Position numbers and translations under genes: made by a program
In this document: positions 49,975-60,096 of the stretch, piece after piece
Numbering within the stretch: position 1 is the stretch's first letter
Layout: every line of letters starts with the position of its first letter
Assembly (NCBI GenBank): GCA_027622715.1
Contig: JAQBYN010000002.1
Location: 82,464 to 146,463 of the forward strand
Direction of reading: 5' to 3'
DNA: 64,000 nucleotides
DNA from: Pseudomonadota bacterium
GTDB lineage: Bacteria; Pseudomonadota; Alphaproteobacteria; SHVP01
Notes under the pieces: model-generated
Database searches by the model: none
What the model was told of the DNA's origin: nothing
Seen by the model: only the letters and a program-made list of their open reading frames with translations

Positions 49975-51509
49975 TACTCGGCGGCCGTCTTCACAGTGTC
50001 GCTGGTCGTATTGCCGATCGTGTCTCGTAGCAGCGCGGCGAATTTTCCGTCATCGGCATCGGATAACGCCTGAAGGCGGAGCTTCTTAAGCCGCGTCGCC
50101 GCGTCACTGGGCGGCGTCCCGGCGAGCCAGGGCGCGACAATTTCGGCCATGACTTGTGTGTATTTGCCGACGCCGCGACTGCGGGTTTCGCCGTACCCCT
50201 TGCGCAGGCGCGGCAGTTCGCCGATCTCGCGGGTCAGAGCGGCATCCTTCGCCATTGCCGACTTGAGCGCGGCGAGCCAGGCATCGATATCGGCGTTCTC
50301 TTCGGCAAAGCGCAGCGTGCGCGGACGCCACCAGCGCAGCCGCGCCAGCATGGTGAGCGTGAGGAACCCCAGCACCGTGTCGGAGCGGATGCGCAGGCCG
50401 ATGTTCATGGTGCTGCCGCGACGCGCCGCCCAATCGCGCAACCGTCGGCCCAGCCCGGGTGGCAACATGTCGGCCCATTCGGGAATACCGGGTTTGAGAA
50501 ACTCGGTGACGCGCACCACTTGCCCCGGGGTCGCGCCTACATCGTGCATCACCAAATCACGCCGCGTGCCGCGCGATTTGACGTCGGCGACCCGAATGAT
50601 GTCTTCGAAACTCATCCACACCGCTAGATGGCGGGCTGCCTCCGTGGTCACGGCGCCGGGCCCAAGACCAGCCTGCTGCTCGGCCGTCGCTAGGCTGGCT
50701 GCGCGGGCGATCCAGCGCTCGGCATAGGCTTTGTTCTGAAACTGCGTCAGCCGTGGCAGTGCCTCGGCCGCGGTCGCATGCAATGCGGGCGGCAGCGCGG
50801 TTTGCGCCTGGGCCATCAACGGCGACGCTTGCGTGGTGTGGCGCTTTTCGGTCGCGGGAACGGTTTGCGGCGGGCTGCGCACCGCCGCCAACCCGACGGC
50901 GAATCCACTCAAGTTCTCATCGACCGCTTTGCCGGCGCGGCGCACGGCGTCCTGGTAGACCGATTCTGAAAACGGCAGCACGCCGCTGCCCGCGATCATG
51001 CCCAGCAGAACCGCGTTAAGCGAGACGCGCTTGGTACGCGTCAAGCCGTCGATGTCGAACAAGATCGGCTGCCGCGCTAATTCCTGGGCCGCCGCCACGA
51101 TCTTTTCGGAATCGTAGCGGCCGTCCGCCGGTACGCTTTTCTCGGCAATCGCGAAAATGCGGTGGGTCGAGGCGATCAACGTGGTGCGGTCGGGCGTCAC
51201 GAATCCGCGCTCCATCGCGCGCCCTGCTTCGAGGATTTCAGTGGCGACGACCAAATCCAACGTCCCGGGATTGGGAAATAGCGCGAACACCGGCTGTCTG
51301 TCGCCCAGCGCGCTCCATTTGGTCGGCAAAATCTCAATGTAATATGTCGTGGCACCAGTGCGTTGCGCCACGCCCGGCACCGATGTGCGTTGCACCGGAT
51401 AGCCCTCTGCAGTTGCCGCTTCGGTGATCCAATCGGCCAAAACACCGCCGCCTTCGCCGCCGAGCGCGCCGATCAGCAGGCAGATCGGGCGGGTGTCTTG
51501 ATTGCTCAC
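49974..51509 (-). CDS. iorB: indolepyruvate ferredoxin oxidoreductase, beta subunit family
   Basis: ICLLIGALGGEGGGVLADWI ... PGVAQRTGATTYYIE, 511 aa, directly downstream of iorA. Confidence 0.8.
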   Translation of the reverse strand: MSNQDTRPICLLIGALGGEGGGVLADWITEAATAEGYPVQRTSVPGVAQRTGATTYYIEILPTKWSALGDRQPVFALFPNPGTLDLVVATEILEAGRAMERGFVTPDRTTLIASTHRIFAIAEKSVPADGRYDSEKIVAAAQELARQPILFDIDGLTRTKRVSLNAVLLGMIAGSGVLPFSESVYQDAVRRAGKAVDENLSGFAVGLAAVRSPPQTVPATEKRHTTQASPLMAQAQTALPPALHATAAEALPRLTQFQNKAYAERWIARAASLATAEQQAGLGPGAVTTEAARHLAVWMSFEDIIRVADVKSRGTRRDLVMHDVGATPGQVVRVTEFLKPGIPEWADMLPPGLGRRLRDWAARRGSTMNIGLRIRSDTVLGFLTLTMLARLRWWRPRTLRFAEENADIDAWLAALKSAMAKDAALTREIGELPRLRKGYGETRSRGVGKYTQVMAEIVAPWLAGTPPSDAATRLKKLRLQALSDADDGKFAALLRDTIGNTTSDTVKTAAE

Positions 51510-51512
51510 GCG

Positions 51513-53675
51513 CTACTCGGCAGGTGCTGGCGCGACGGGCGCGCCGCCTAAGCGCCGCAAAGCGCTGATGATTGTGCGGCGTACACCGAACAGCACGCGG
51601 TCGAGGATCGTCGGGTTGTGCACAATTTCAGCTTTGTAGAACGACGGGCACAGCACTGCCGCGTGCGAAACCTCGCCGCATACGCCGCAGCCGACACAAC
51701 TGTTGTCGACATGGGCGACCGGATCGTCGCGCAACGGATCGGGGTTCGGCTTGATCGTTAGGGAAGGGCACCCCGATAGCCGGATACACGAATGATCGCC
51801 GGTGCAGACCTCGGCATCCACGCCAAAGCGGGGTTGCACCACGCGGCCGCCGCGCGCGATCTTGGCGCGGTTGAGCGGCTTGAGGCGGCGTTGCACGGCC
51901 AACATGCCTTCGCCCGCCGCGACGATAACTTTGAGCCCGGTTTCTTTGGTGGTCATCGCTTCTTTTAGCGTGTCCATCATCTTTTCGATGCTGTAGGTGC
52001 GCACGGTGCGCACCCACTTCACGCCGAATCCGCGCATCGTGTCCTCGATGGACACCCGCGTGTGGCTGTCGTCGCGTTCCGCCGAGCGGCTCGACGGAAT
52101 ATGCTGCGCGCCCGTGGCCGAGGTGTAGCCGTTGTCCATGACAATCAGCACGCCGTCGTTCTTGTTGAAGACGGACTCGGCGACACCCGAGGTAAGGCCG
52201 TTATGCCAAAGCCCGCCATCACCCATAACGCTGACGACGCGCTTGCCGAAGTTGGGCCCGATCGCGGTTGACGAGGCCAATGACAGGCCATAGCCCAGCA
52301 CGGTATTGCCGATGTTGAACGGCGCAAGCGTCGAGAACGTGTGGCAGCCGATGTCGGACGAAACATGAAACTCGCCGAGTTCTTTCTTGGCGAGTTTCAT
52401 CGCCGAAAAGACCGGGCGTTCGGGACATCCGACGCAAAAACCCGGCGGTCGCGCCGGCACCGCGTGGCCGAGAATTTCCCGCGCGCGGCTCTTGATCTTG
52501 TCCAGGTCGTCGATCGTTTTGCCGGTGGCTGCGAAGGCCGCGGTCGCATGACCGACTAGACCCGCAAACTTCGCGATGCCGCGCAGCATCACCTCGCCGG
52601 TATACTCGCCGGCCATCGGCAGCACGTCTTTGCCGTGTAGCTTGGTGTTGACGTCGGCGCGCCGCAGCACCGCATGGATTGCCTGTTCGAGGTAGTCGGG
52701 CTGGCCTTCCTCGACAATCAGCACCGCGCGTTTGCCTGCGCAAAAGCCGGATATCTCGTCCGGCACCAAGGGATACGTGACGTTAAGCACGTATAGCGGG
52801 ATGCGCGACTTGCCGAAGGCATCGGCCAGACCGAGCTGGCTCAGCGAGCGCATTACCGAATTGTACATCCCGCCCTGCATGATGATCCCTAAGTCTTCAA
52901 GGTCGCCGTCGAACACCTCGTTCAGCTTTTGATCGCGGACATAGGCGATGGCCGCGGGCATGCGCACGTCGATCTTCAGGCGTTCTTGCACGTACGTCGA
53001 CGGCGGCAGACAAATGCGCTCGAAATCGAAGTCGGCATTTTCCAGAACGTTATTGCGCGAGATCGCCGGCGACACATTGTCGCGCGTCGAAAAGCTGCCA
53101 TGGACGTGGCAGGCGCGGATGCGCAGTTCCAGCATGACCGGCGTACTGCTCGCCTCGCTTAGCTCGAACCCTTTTTCGACCATCCGCACGATGGTGGGCA
53201 GGTTGGGGCGGGGGTCGAGCAGCCACATTTGCGATTTCATGGCGAACGCATGGGTGCGTTCCTGAATGATGCTGGCGCCGTCGCCGTAATCCTCACCCAG
53301 GATGATCAGCGCGCCGCCCTTGACCCCGGCCGAGGCGAGGTTCGATAGCGCGTCAGAGGCGACATTGGTGCCCACGGTGGATTTCCACGTCACCGCACCG
53401 CGCATCGGATAGTTGATTGAGGCACCCAGCATCGCCGCCGCCGCAGCCTCGCTGGCGTTACCCTCATAGTGGACACCAAGCTCGTCCAAAATCGGTTGGG
53501 CGTCTTCAAGCACGTCCATCATGTGCGACACGGGCGCGCCCTGATAGCCGCCGACATAGGACACACCGGCCTCCAGCAACGCTTTGGTCACGGCCAGAAT
53601 GCCCTCGCCGTGGAAGGTGTCGCCCGCGCCCAGGCGCAGCGCCTCAACTTCCTTCTTGAATGACCGTTCCGCCAT
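51513..53675 (-). CDS. iorA: indolepyruvate ferredoxin oxidoreductase, alpha subunit family
   Basis: GEGILAVTKALLEAGVSYVGGYQGAPVSH, TPP motif GDGGLWHNG, Fe-S CVGCGVCGE. Start ATG 53675 (MAERSFKKE). Confidence 0.85.
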   Translation of the reverse strand: MAERSFKKEVEALRLGAGDTFHGEGILAVTKALLEAGVSYVGGYQGAPVSHMMDVLEDAQPILDELGVHYEGNASEAAAAAMLGASINYPMRGAVTWKSTVGTNVASDALSNLASAGVKGGALIILGEDYGDGASIIQERTHAFAMKSQMWLLDPRPNLPTIVRMVEKGFELSEASSTPVMLELRIRACHVHGSFSTRDNVSPAISRNNVLENADFDFERICLPPSTYVQERLKIDVRMPAAIAYVRDQKLNEVFDGDLEDLGIIMQGGMYNSVMRSLSQLGLADAFGKSRIPLYVLNVTYPLVPDEISGFCAGKRAVLIVEEGQPDYLEQAIHAVLRRADVNTKLHGKDVLPMAGEYTGEVMLRGIAKFAGLVGHATAAFAATGKTIDDLDKIKSRAREILGHAVPARPPGFCVGCPERPVFSAMKLAKKELGEFHVSSDIGCHTFSTLAPFNIGNTVLGYGLSLASSTAIGPNFGKRVVSVMGDGGLWHNGLTSGVAESVFNKNDGVLIVMDNGYTSATGAQHIPSSRSAERDDSHTRVSIEDTMRGFGVKWVRTVRTYSIEKMMDTLKEAMTTKETGLKVIVAAGEGMLAVQRRLKPLNRAKIARGGRVVQPRFGVDAEVCTGDHSCIRLSGCPSLTIKPNPDPLRDDPVAHVDNSCVGCGVCGEVSHAAVLCPSFYKAEIVHNPTILDRVLFGVRRTIISALRRLGGAPVAPAPAE

Positions 53676-53766
53676 CGATGGTCCGTACCTCGTTACGCGT
53701 ATCGCCGGTGCGGCGATGATATATGATCCAACCCTGAAGACCACATCCGCCGCACGGAGAGACGCT

Positions 53767-55053
53767 ATGGGTGCCCGCCCCGAACTGTTTTCCCCCGACC
53801 TGTTGCGCGAAATTCGCGGCAAATTCCACCACACCGACTTTTGCCCGATCGTCAAAGCGCCTCGGGTGTTTTTCGAAAACGGTGGCGGCTCGCTCAAACT
53901 CAAAGAGGCGGTGGCCGCCAATGCCGAAATCGAAGCGTTGCCCGACCAGGAGGGCCGCAAGAACCCGGCGTCGGCCTACCTCTCCGAGATTCTCGACGCG
54001 GGCCGCGAGGACCTGCACTTGCTGTTCGGTTCCAGTGCGCTGGGTGACGGGCGGGGTCAGGTACTATCCGGTGAGACCGGCACCCGGCTGCTGTACCGGC
54101 TCATTCGCTCGATCGCGCTCGCCGCACCGCCGGGGCCGGTTCTCTCCAGCACGTTGGAACATCCCGCTAGCCTCGACTCGGCCAAGCAATGGGCCAAGAA
54201 CACCAACCGCGCATGGATCGAAGTCCCGTTCGATCCCATCAGCGGCACGGTCAGCGCCGCCAATTATGCCGCCGCCGTCACGCCCGATACCCGGCTTGCC
54301 ACCGTCATTCACACCAGCATGTTGACGGGGTTCACCGTTGACCTCGCGGCGGTCTCCAAGGCCATCCGCGCGGTGGCGCCGGATTGCTACATCATTGTCG
54401 ACGGTATCCAACACGCGCCCCATGGGACGATGGACGTCGCAACCTACGGCGCCGATGCCTATGTGTTTTCGCCCTACAAAGCGTTCTCGCGGCTGTCGCT
54501 GGGTTTTGCCTGGATCAACGATCGCATTCACCAGGTGCCGCACGAACATATGCTCGGCAAGTCGAGCGAGGACTGGGAGTTGGGCTCGCGCGATCCCGCG
54601 TTCTACGCCGCCGAGTCCAAGGTCGTGGATTATTACTGCTGGCTCGGCAGCCACTTCACCAACGACACCGACCGTAGCGCCGCAATGCGCGCCGGTACTG
54701 GCGCGATGGAACGCCACGAGGCCGCGCTCATCGATCTGCTGATTAACGGCGACGCCAAGACCGAAGGTCTGCGCGCCTTCGACGACGTGAAGATCATCGG
54801 ACCGCTGACCCTTGAAGGCCGCGAAGGCATCGTCTCATTCAACCTCGACGGCATGTCGTCGCCGGACTTGGTGCAAGAATTTGCCAAGCGGGGCATCCGC
54901 GTCCACGCCCGAGTCTCCGACGGCTATTCCGGTCACATCCTCGGTGCTCTCGGCGTCGAAGACTGCCTACGCGTCTCCATGTGCCACTACAACGCGCCGG
55001 ACGAAGTGCGCCAATTCTTGGCCGCGCTAAAGGAAATCAGGGCAAGCCGCTAA
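53767..55053 (+). CDS. class V (cysteine desulfurase/SPT-like) PLP-dependent aminotransferase
   Basis: Fold-type I PLP enzyme. FSPYKAFS probably carries the PLP Lys. Ends with SMCHYNAPDEVRQFL. The start is uncertain (ATG 53767 or 53716). Divergent from iorA. Confidence 0.7.
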   Translation: MGARPELFSPDLLREIRGKFHHTDFCPIVKAPRVFFENGGGSLKLKEAVAANAEIEALPDQEGRKNPASAYLSEILDAGREDLHLLFGSSALGDGRGQVLSGETGTRLLYRLIRSIALAAPPGPVLSSTLEHPASLDSAKQWAKNTNRAWIEVPFDPISGTVSAANYAAAVTPDTRLATVIHTSMLTGFTVDLAAVSKAIRAVAPDCYIIVDGIQHAPHGTMDVATYGADAYVFSPYKAFSRLSLGFAWINDRIHQVPHEHMLGKSSEDWELGSRDPAFYAAESKVVDYYCWLGSHFTNDTDRSAAMRAGTGAMERHEAALIDLLINGDAKTEGLRAFDDVKIIGPLTLEGREGIVSFNLDGMSSPDLVQEFAKRGIRVHARVSDGYSGHILGALGVEDCLRVSMCHYNAPDEVRQFLAALKEIRASR

Positions 55054-55054
55054 C

Positions 55055-55809
55055 CACCCCCGCGGCCCCACCAACCGACCAAAAACACCGCATCCTGAGC
55101 CGGTGCGTCTTCGTCGTCAGACGAAGACGCACCGTGTCGAAGGGCGTGCCGCGCGCGCAGCGCACCTCTTCGGATCAGATAAAGCCTCCGCCTTGCGGCG
55201 CCCAGGTGACGGATGGTTGGCAGCAGAGGCGATCCCAGGTGCGACCGCCGATCACTTTCTCTGTCCCCACACATCACAACCGCTGTCCCGCGCTACACAT
55301 AGGCGATCCCACTACCCATCTCTCCTCGGCAAACCGCTTGCGTGATCGCTGGGAGAAACGAGGTGACGGACTCCAGGAAATCTGCGGCAGTTGGCTTTGT
55401 TTCGGCGGAACAGGTTTAGATAAGAATGACGGAGGAAACATCTCCTCCCCCTCGCCGAGGGGGAGGGTAGGGAGGGGGTCATCGCCAAGGTCAGGACCGA
55501 TGCCGCCAACCCCCTCCCCAATCCTCCCTCTGAAAACAAGGGGAAGAGGTATTGGCGACAAAACGTGAGGAAAACTACGGGAGTTGGCTTTGTTTCGGCG
55601 GAATAGAAAGAGACGTCATCCTGAGCCGGGGCGGCTCCGTCGCGAGACGAAGACAGCCCGTGCCGAAAGGCGTCCCTCGCGCGCAGCGCGTCTCTTTCAA
55701 ATCGGCGAAAGCGCGCCCAGCGGCGCGCGGCCAGGCCCGTCGACACAAGTGGCCGCCGCGTACCGCGGCGTCCACTTGGCTCAGGATGAAGGATGGAACG
55801 GGCTGAAGG
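55055..55809. repeat. noncoding mosaic of three short repeat families (A, B, C)
   Basis: Family A: 55090-55220 and 55616-55789. Family B (AGTTGGCTTTGTTTCGGCGGAA core): 55375-55410 and 55568-55606. Family C hairpin: 55438-55532. A perfect 15-bp stem with a 4-nt loop lies at 55101-55134. Confidence 0.75.
55616..55789. repeat. MITE-like element with perfect 12-bp terminal inverted repeats
   Basis: TCATCCTGAGCC (55616-55627) and GGCTCAGGATGA (55778-55789) bound 174 bp with no credible ORF. A degenerate sibling lies at 55090-55220. Confidence 0.55.
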
Positions 55810-57471
55810 TTAGACGCGGGTGGCGGTGCCTTGGTCGAGATCCACCGTCACGCCATAGTCGCGCGCCGCGCCCGCGACCGTGACGGCACCGTTGCGTACA
55901 TCGTCGAGCACCCGCGCTGGGTTGCGCCGCATCGGATCGCCGTAGCCGCCGCCGCCGGCCTCAGCAATGGTGAATGTTTCGCCGGGTTTGAGTTCTAACC
56001 GTCCCTTCGGCGGAACCGGTTTGCCATCGACCTCGAACACGCGTGTCGATCCGGGTTTGCCGCCCAATGAACCGCGGGCCGGAAACTCGGTGCGCATGCC
56101 GAACATGAAGATCGCGACCGTGTCCTCGCGCGTATTGGTCATCGACGCGATTTGGCCCAAGCCGCCACGGAACGCGCCGGGGCCACCCGAATCCGGCAGG
56201 AGACGACGGTAGTTGATGCGCACGCCGGTCTCGTTCTCCCACACTTCGCTGGCAACGACGGCGTTGTTGGTGGGCGAGGGGGTGGTGTGCTGACCGTCAA
56301 GGCCGTTCATGCCGCCGACGCCGCCCGCCAGAAAATATTGCGTCGAGCCCGCTTCGCCGCCGGACGGACTGGTATGACAGATGAACAACGACGCCATGCC
56401 GGAATCGGCCTGCACACGGTCAGGCATCACCTCGGCCAGCGCGCCCATGATCAAGGGCACGATGAACCACCCGATCGAATGACGCCCGCCGGTCGGCGCC
56501 GGACGTTGCGCGTTGAGAATGCAGCCCGACGGCGCCGTTACCGCCACCGGCAGCAGCGCGCCAACATTATTCGGGATGGTCGGCGTCGTCAGCGTTTTGA
56601 TCGTGTAGGTCGCCCACGCGCGGGTGTAGCACAACGGTACGTTGATCGCGTAGGCCGCCGTGGGGCCGGTGCCGGCAAAGTCGATGTCGACCGAGTCGCC
56701 GTTCACCGTGACGGCGCAGGTGAGGGTGACGGCATCGGTCACCGTCTCAACCTCAATCTCGTTGCGGTAAACCCCGTCGGGGATCGCACTGATTTCTTTG
56801 CGGATCGCCGCTTCGGATTGCCCAATGATGCTGTCGGCCAGAGCCGCGAGATCGCCAAGCCCGTATTCGTCCATGAATTCGCCGATCAGGCGCTCACCGA
56901 CCATGCAGCCCGAAATGTCGGCCATGATGTCGCCAAAAACCTGTTCGGGCGTACGCACGTTGCCCGCGATCAGGTCGTGCAAGTACTGCACCGGCTCGCC
57001 GGCCTCGTACAATTTGCAGACCGGCAGCATCAACCCTTCCTGGTAGACCTCGGTATTCATCACCGACAGGCCGACGCCGCCGATATCGGGCAAGTGGCTG
57101 ATGTTCATGACAAAGCCGACCAGGGTACCGTTCTTGAAGGCGGGGCGGGCGATGCAGATGTCGGGCGTGTGCCCGGTGCCGAGCCAAGGATCGTTGGTGA
57201 CGACAACGTCACCGTCCTGCCAGGTATGGGCCGGGAATTTCTTCAACATGTGCTGCATGGTCAGCGGCGCGGTGCCAATAAACGCCGGCATCGACAGTGT
57301 CGCCTGGGCGATGCTGCGTCCCTGCGCGTCAAAGACGACGCACGCCAAATCCCAGGCTTCGCGGACGCCCACAGAAAATGCGGTGCGCACAATAGACAAT
57401 AGAATCTCGTCGGTGATCGCGATCAAACGGTCCCACATGATGCCGAGATCGACAGCGTCAATTTGTTTCAT
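55810..57471 (-). CDS. hyuB: hydantoinase B / oxoprolinase family protein
   Basis: MKQIDAVDLGIMWDRLIAITDE ... FDAQGRSIAQA ... GGGGYGDP. Start ATG 57471. Confidence 0.88.
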   Translation of the reverse strand: MKQIDAVDLGIMWDRLIAITDEILLSIVRTAFSVGVREAWDLACVVFDAQGRSIAQATLSMPAFIGTAPLTMQHMLKKFPAHTWQDGDVVVTNDPWLGTGHTPDICIARPAFKNGTLVGFVMNISHLPDIGGVGLSVMNTEVYQEGLMLPVCKLYEAGEPVQYLHDLIAGNVRTPEQVFGDIMADISGCMVGERLIGEFMDEYGLGDLAALADSIIGQSEAAIRKEISAIPDGVYRNEIEVETVTDAVTLTCAVTVNGDSVDIDFAGTGPTAAYAINVPLCYTRAWATYTIKTLTTPTIPNNVGALLPVAVTAPSGCILNAQRPAPTGGRHSIGWFIVPLIMGALAEVMPDRVQADSGMASLFICHTSPSGGEAGSTQYFLAGGVGGMNGLDGQHTTPSPTNNAVVASEVWENETGVRINYRRLLPDSGGPGAFRGGLGQIASMTNTREDTVAIFMFGMRTEFPARGSLGGKPGSTRVFEVDGKPVPPKGRLELKPGETFTIAEAGGGGYGDPMRRNPARVLDDVRNGAVTVAGAARDYGVTVDLDQGTATRV

Positions 57472-57484
57472 GCTGCGTCCGTTC

Positions 57485-59563
57485 TCACGATGCCCCGCCT
57501 GCAACGGACACGATAATATTGCCGGCGTCGTCCACCGTGACACGGTCGCCGACACCGATGACGCAGGTCGATTCCTTTTCCTCGACCAGCGCCGGGCCAT
57601 CAAAGGTATCGCCGGTGCTCAGCGCATAGCGGTCATAGACGGGGGCGGTGCGCAGAGTGCCATGCTCAGGGAAGAATGCCGGCCGGTGTCCTTTGATGCG
57701 GTCTTTTCCGGGTGGCACCTCAAGGTGATAGGTCGCATCGGCGGTGCTACGGACCAGCGATACCTCGGCCTTCCAATTGGTGATCTCAAGGGCTTCACCG
57801 GGAAACGACTTGGTAAAGATGCGTTCATAGGCGGTGGTAAACAAATCGCGCAGGTCACTCAGCGCGGCGCCGTCCGGCAAATCGACCTCGACCTCGTAGC
57901 CTTGGCCGCGGTAGCGCATATCGATACGGCGGCGGATCACCGTGGTCTCGTCGGGTTCGGGCTTCCGGCCCAGAAACGCTATGGCTTCATCGATCAGCGC
58001 GGCGAAGCGGCGGGCGAACCCGTCTTGATCAAGGGCATCGAGGTCGAGGCGTTCGGCGTGGAACGTTTCGAACGACAGCGGGCTTGCCAGCAGGCCCACT
58101 GCCGACATAACGCCCGCGCCAACCGGAAAGATCACCGTTGGCACCCGCAACTTGCGCGCCACGCGGCAGGCGTGTGCGGGCCCAGATCCGCCAAACGCCA
58201 CCATCGCGCAGGCGCGGTAGTCGAAGCCGCGCTCCGAGGCATGGTTGCGAAACGCCCGGGCGATATCCTCGTTGACCGACTCGTGAACACCCCACGCCGC
58301 ACGGAGCGTTTCGATGCCGAGTGGCGTGCCGAGTTTGCTGTCGATGGCGCGCGCGGCGGCGGCCGCGTCCAAACTCATTTCGCCGCCCAGAAAAAACGCT
58401 GCGTCGAGGTAGCCCAGCGTCAGGTTGGCGTCGGTCAGCGTGGGGTCCTCGCCGCCCTGGCCGTAACAGGCCGGGCCGGGGACGGCACCGGCGCTATGCG
58501 GACCAACCGCAATGGTACCGCGGGCATCTACCGCGGCGATCGACCCGCCGCCCGAGCCAATCTCGATCAAATCGATGACTGGAATTCTCGCCGGCAGGCC
58601 GGACCCAGCGCGGAACTCGTGAACCCGCGCGACCTCCATTTCGTAGCGCTTGAGCGGCAGGTCGTTGCGCACCAGTGCGCCTTTCGCGGTCGTGCCGCCC
58701 ATGTCGAACGACAGCAGGTTGGGCCGCTTGAGTTGGCGCCCCAAAGCCGCCGTTTGCAAAACCCCCGCCGCCGGCCCGCTTTCCAGCATGCGCACGGGGA
58801 ACCGACGCGCGACATCTGGCGCGACCGTGCCACCCGACGACGACATGATGAACAGATCACCGATCAATCCCGCCTCGCGCAAACCGTCTTCCAGGCGGCG
58901 CAGGTATTGATCGAACAGGGGGCCGGTGTAGGCATTCATCGTGGCCGTCGTCCACCGTTCGTATTCGCGCAGGAACGGAAACACTTCCGTCGAAGTCGAC
59001 ACGAAAAGCTGTGGGAATTTTTCGGCGGCGATCCGCGCAACGGTCTGTTCGTGGATCGGGTTTACGGGGCTGTTGAGAAAGCAAACGGCCACCGCGCCGA
59101 TCCCTCGACCGACCAAGTCGGTAAGCGCTTCGTTGATCGCGCCTTCCGACAGCGCCACAAGAACGGTCCCGTCGGGCCCGATTCGCTCTTTGATTTCGTA
59201 GCGCAAACCGCGCGGGACCAAGGGTGCCGGATAGGTGATCGTCAAGTCGTACATGTCGTAGCGCCGCTCGCGTGCGATATCCAACACGTCGCCGAATCCT
59301 TCGGTCACCAGCATTGCCGTCTTGGCGCCGCGGCGTTCGATCACGGCATTGGTCACCAACGTGGTGCCGTGGACGACGGCACTGACCTCAGAGGGTGCGA
59401 TCGCCGCCCTATCCAGAAGGCGCGGTACACCCGTCAAGACAGACCGAGCCGGATCGCCCGGCGTGGTCAGTTGCTTGTGGATGTAGAGCCGTCCGTCATT
59501 CTCGGACAACAGCGCAAAGTCGGTGAAGGTCCCGCCAATATCGATCCCAACTCGGTAGGACAT
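57485..59563 (-). CDS. hyuA: hydantoinase A / oxoprolinase family protein
   Basis: MSYRVGIDIGGTFTDFALL, FDMGGTTAK, 692 aa. Confidence 0.9.
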   Translation of the reverse strand: MSYRVGIDIGGTFTDFALLSENDGRLYIHKQLTTPGDPARSVLTGVPRLLDRAAIAPSEVSAVVHGTTLVTNAVIERRGAKTAMLVTEGFGDVLDIARERRYDMYDLTITYPAPLVPRGLRYEIKERIGPDGTVLVALSEGAINEALTDLVGRGIGAVAVCFLNSPVNPIHEQTVARIAAEKFPQLFVSTSTEVFPFLREYERWTTATMNAYTGPLFDQYLRRLEDGLREAGLIGDLFIMSSSGGTVAPDVARRFPVRMLESGPAAGVLQTAALGRQLKRPNLLSFDMGGTTAKGALVRNDLPLKRYEMEVARVHEFRAGSGLPARIPVIDLIEIGSGGGSIAAVDARGTIAVGPHSAGAVPGPACYGQGGEDPTLTDANLTLGYLDAAFFLGGEMSLDAAAAARAIDSKLGTPLGIETLRAAWGVHESVNEDIARAFRNHASERGFDYRACAMVAFGGSGPAHACRVARKLRVPTVIFPVGAGVMSAVGLLASPLSFETFHAERLDLDALDQDGFARRFAALIDEAIAFLGRKPEPDETTVIRRRIDMRYRGQGYEVEVDLPDGAALSDLRDLFTTAYERIFTKSFPGEALEITNWKAEVSLVRSTADATYHLEVPPGKDRIKGHRPAFFPEHGTLRTAPVYDRYALSTGDTFDGPALVEEKESTCVIGVGDRVTVDDAGNIIVSVAGGAS

Positions 59564-59575
59564 CGTATGGTGCCG

Positions 59576-59962
59576 CTATTCGTGGCGCAGGGCGGTGACT
59601 TCGAGCTCCACTTTCATGCCCTCGTCGGCCATGACACAAACGATGGTCGTGTTGGTCGGTCGAATCTTGTCAAAGGTCTCTTTGAGTACGGCGCTGACCG
59701 GCATGACGTGGTCGCGATCGCTGACATAGACGCGTACCCGCACGATATCTTCAAGGCTGGCCTCAGCTTCATTGAGGGCCGCTTCGATGGTCCGCAGCGA
59801 CTCCCGCGTTTGCTCCTGCACGTCGTCCGAAATGGCGCCGGTCTTGGGGTTGTGCCCCGAGGTGCCGGCGACAAAGACCCACCGGCCATCCGCGATCGCG
59901 CGCGAATAGCCCGCCAAATCTTCGAATTTAGAACCAGAGAAGAAGGTCTTGCGGGTCATCAA
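59576..59962 (-). CDS. RidA/YjgF family protein
   Basis: GYSRAIADGRWVFVAGTSG ... IVRVRVYVSD ... KVELEVTAL. First gene of the ridA-hyuA-hyuB operon. Confidence 0.8.
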   Translation of the reverse strand: MMTRKTFFSGSKFEDLAGYSRAIADGRWVFVAGTSGHNPKTGAISDDVQEQTRESLRTIEAALNEAEASLEDIVRVRVYVSDRDHVMPVSAVLKETFDKIRPTNTTIVCVMADEGMKVELEVTALRHE

Positions 59963-60096
59963 GCTTTACCCCTTGGGTTGGAACGCGGCGAATTGTTTGC
60001 CATCGGGGAGAAACAATCAAGCCGGGCGGGGTCTTGCCCAGCCCACGTCAGGCTCTAGAGTTGCAGCCGTAGTTGTCACGTGCAGGTTGCTGAGAA

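Noticed and set aside
55055-55809. Possible CRISPR array in the repeat-rich gap
   Set aside because: The repeats belong to three unrelated families and have different lengths, irregular spacing and mixed orientation. There are only two copies of each, and no cas genes are in the window.
57101-60058. 985-aa ORF on the plus strand, the longest ORF in the track
   Set aside because: It runs antisense to three well-supported minus-strand genes (hyuB 5' end, hyuA, ridA). Its product is Arg/Gly/Ala-rich with no recognisable motifs. Long stop-free antisense frames are expected in high-GC DNA. The same reasoning applies to 56152-57402, 39249-40097, 41542-42171, 43409-44074 and similar ORFs.
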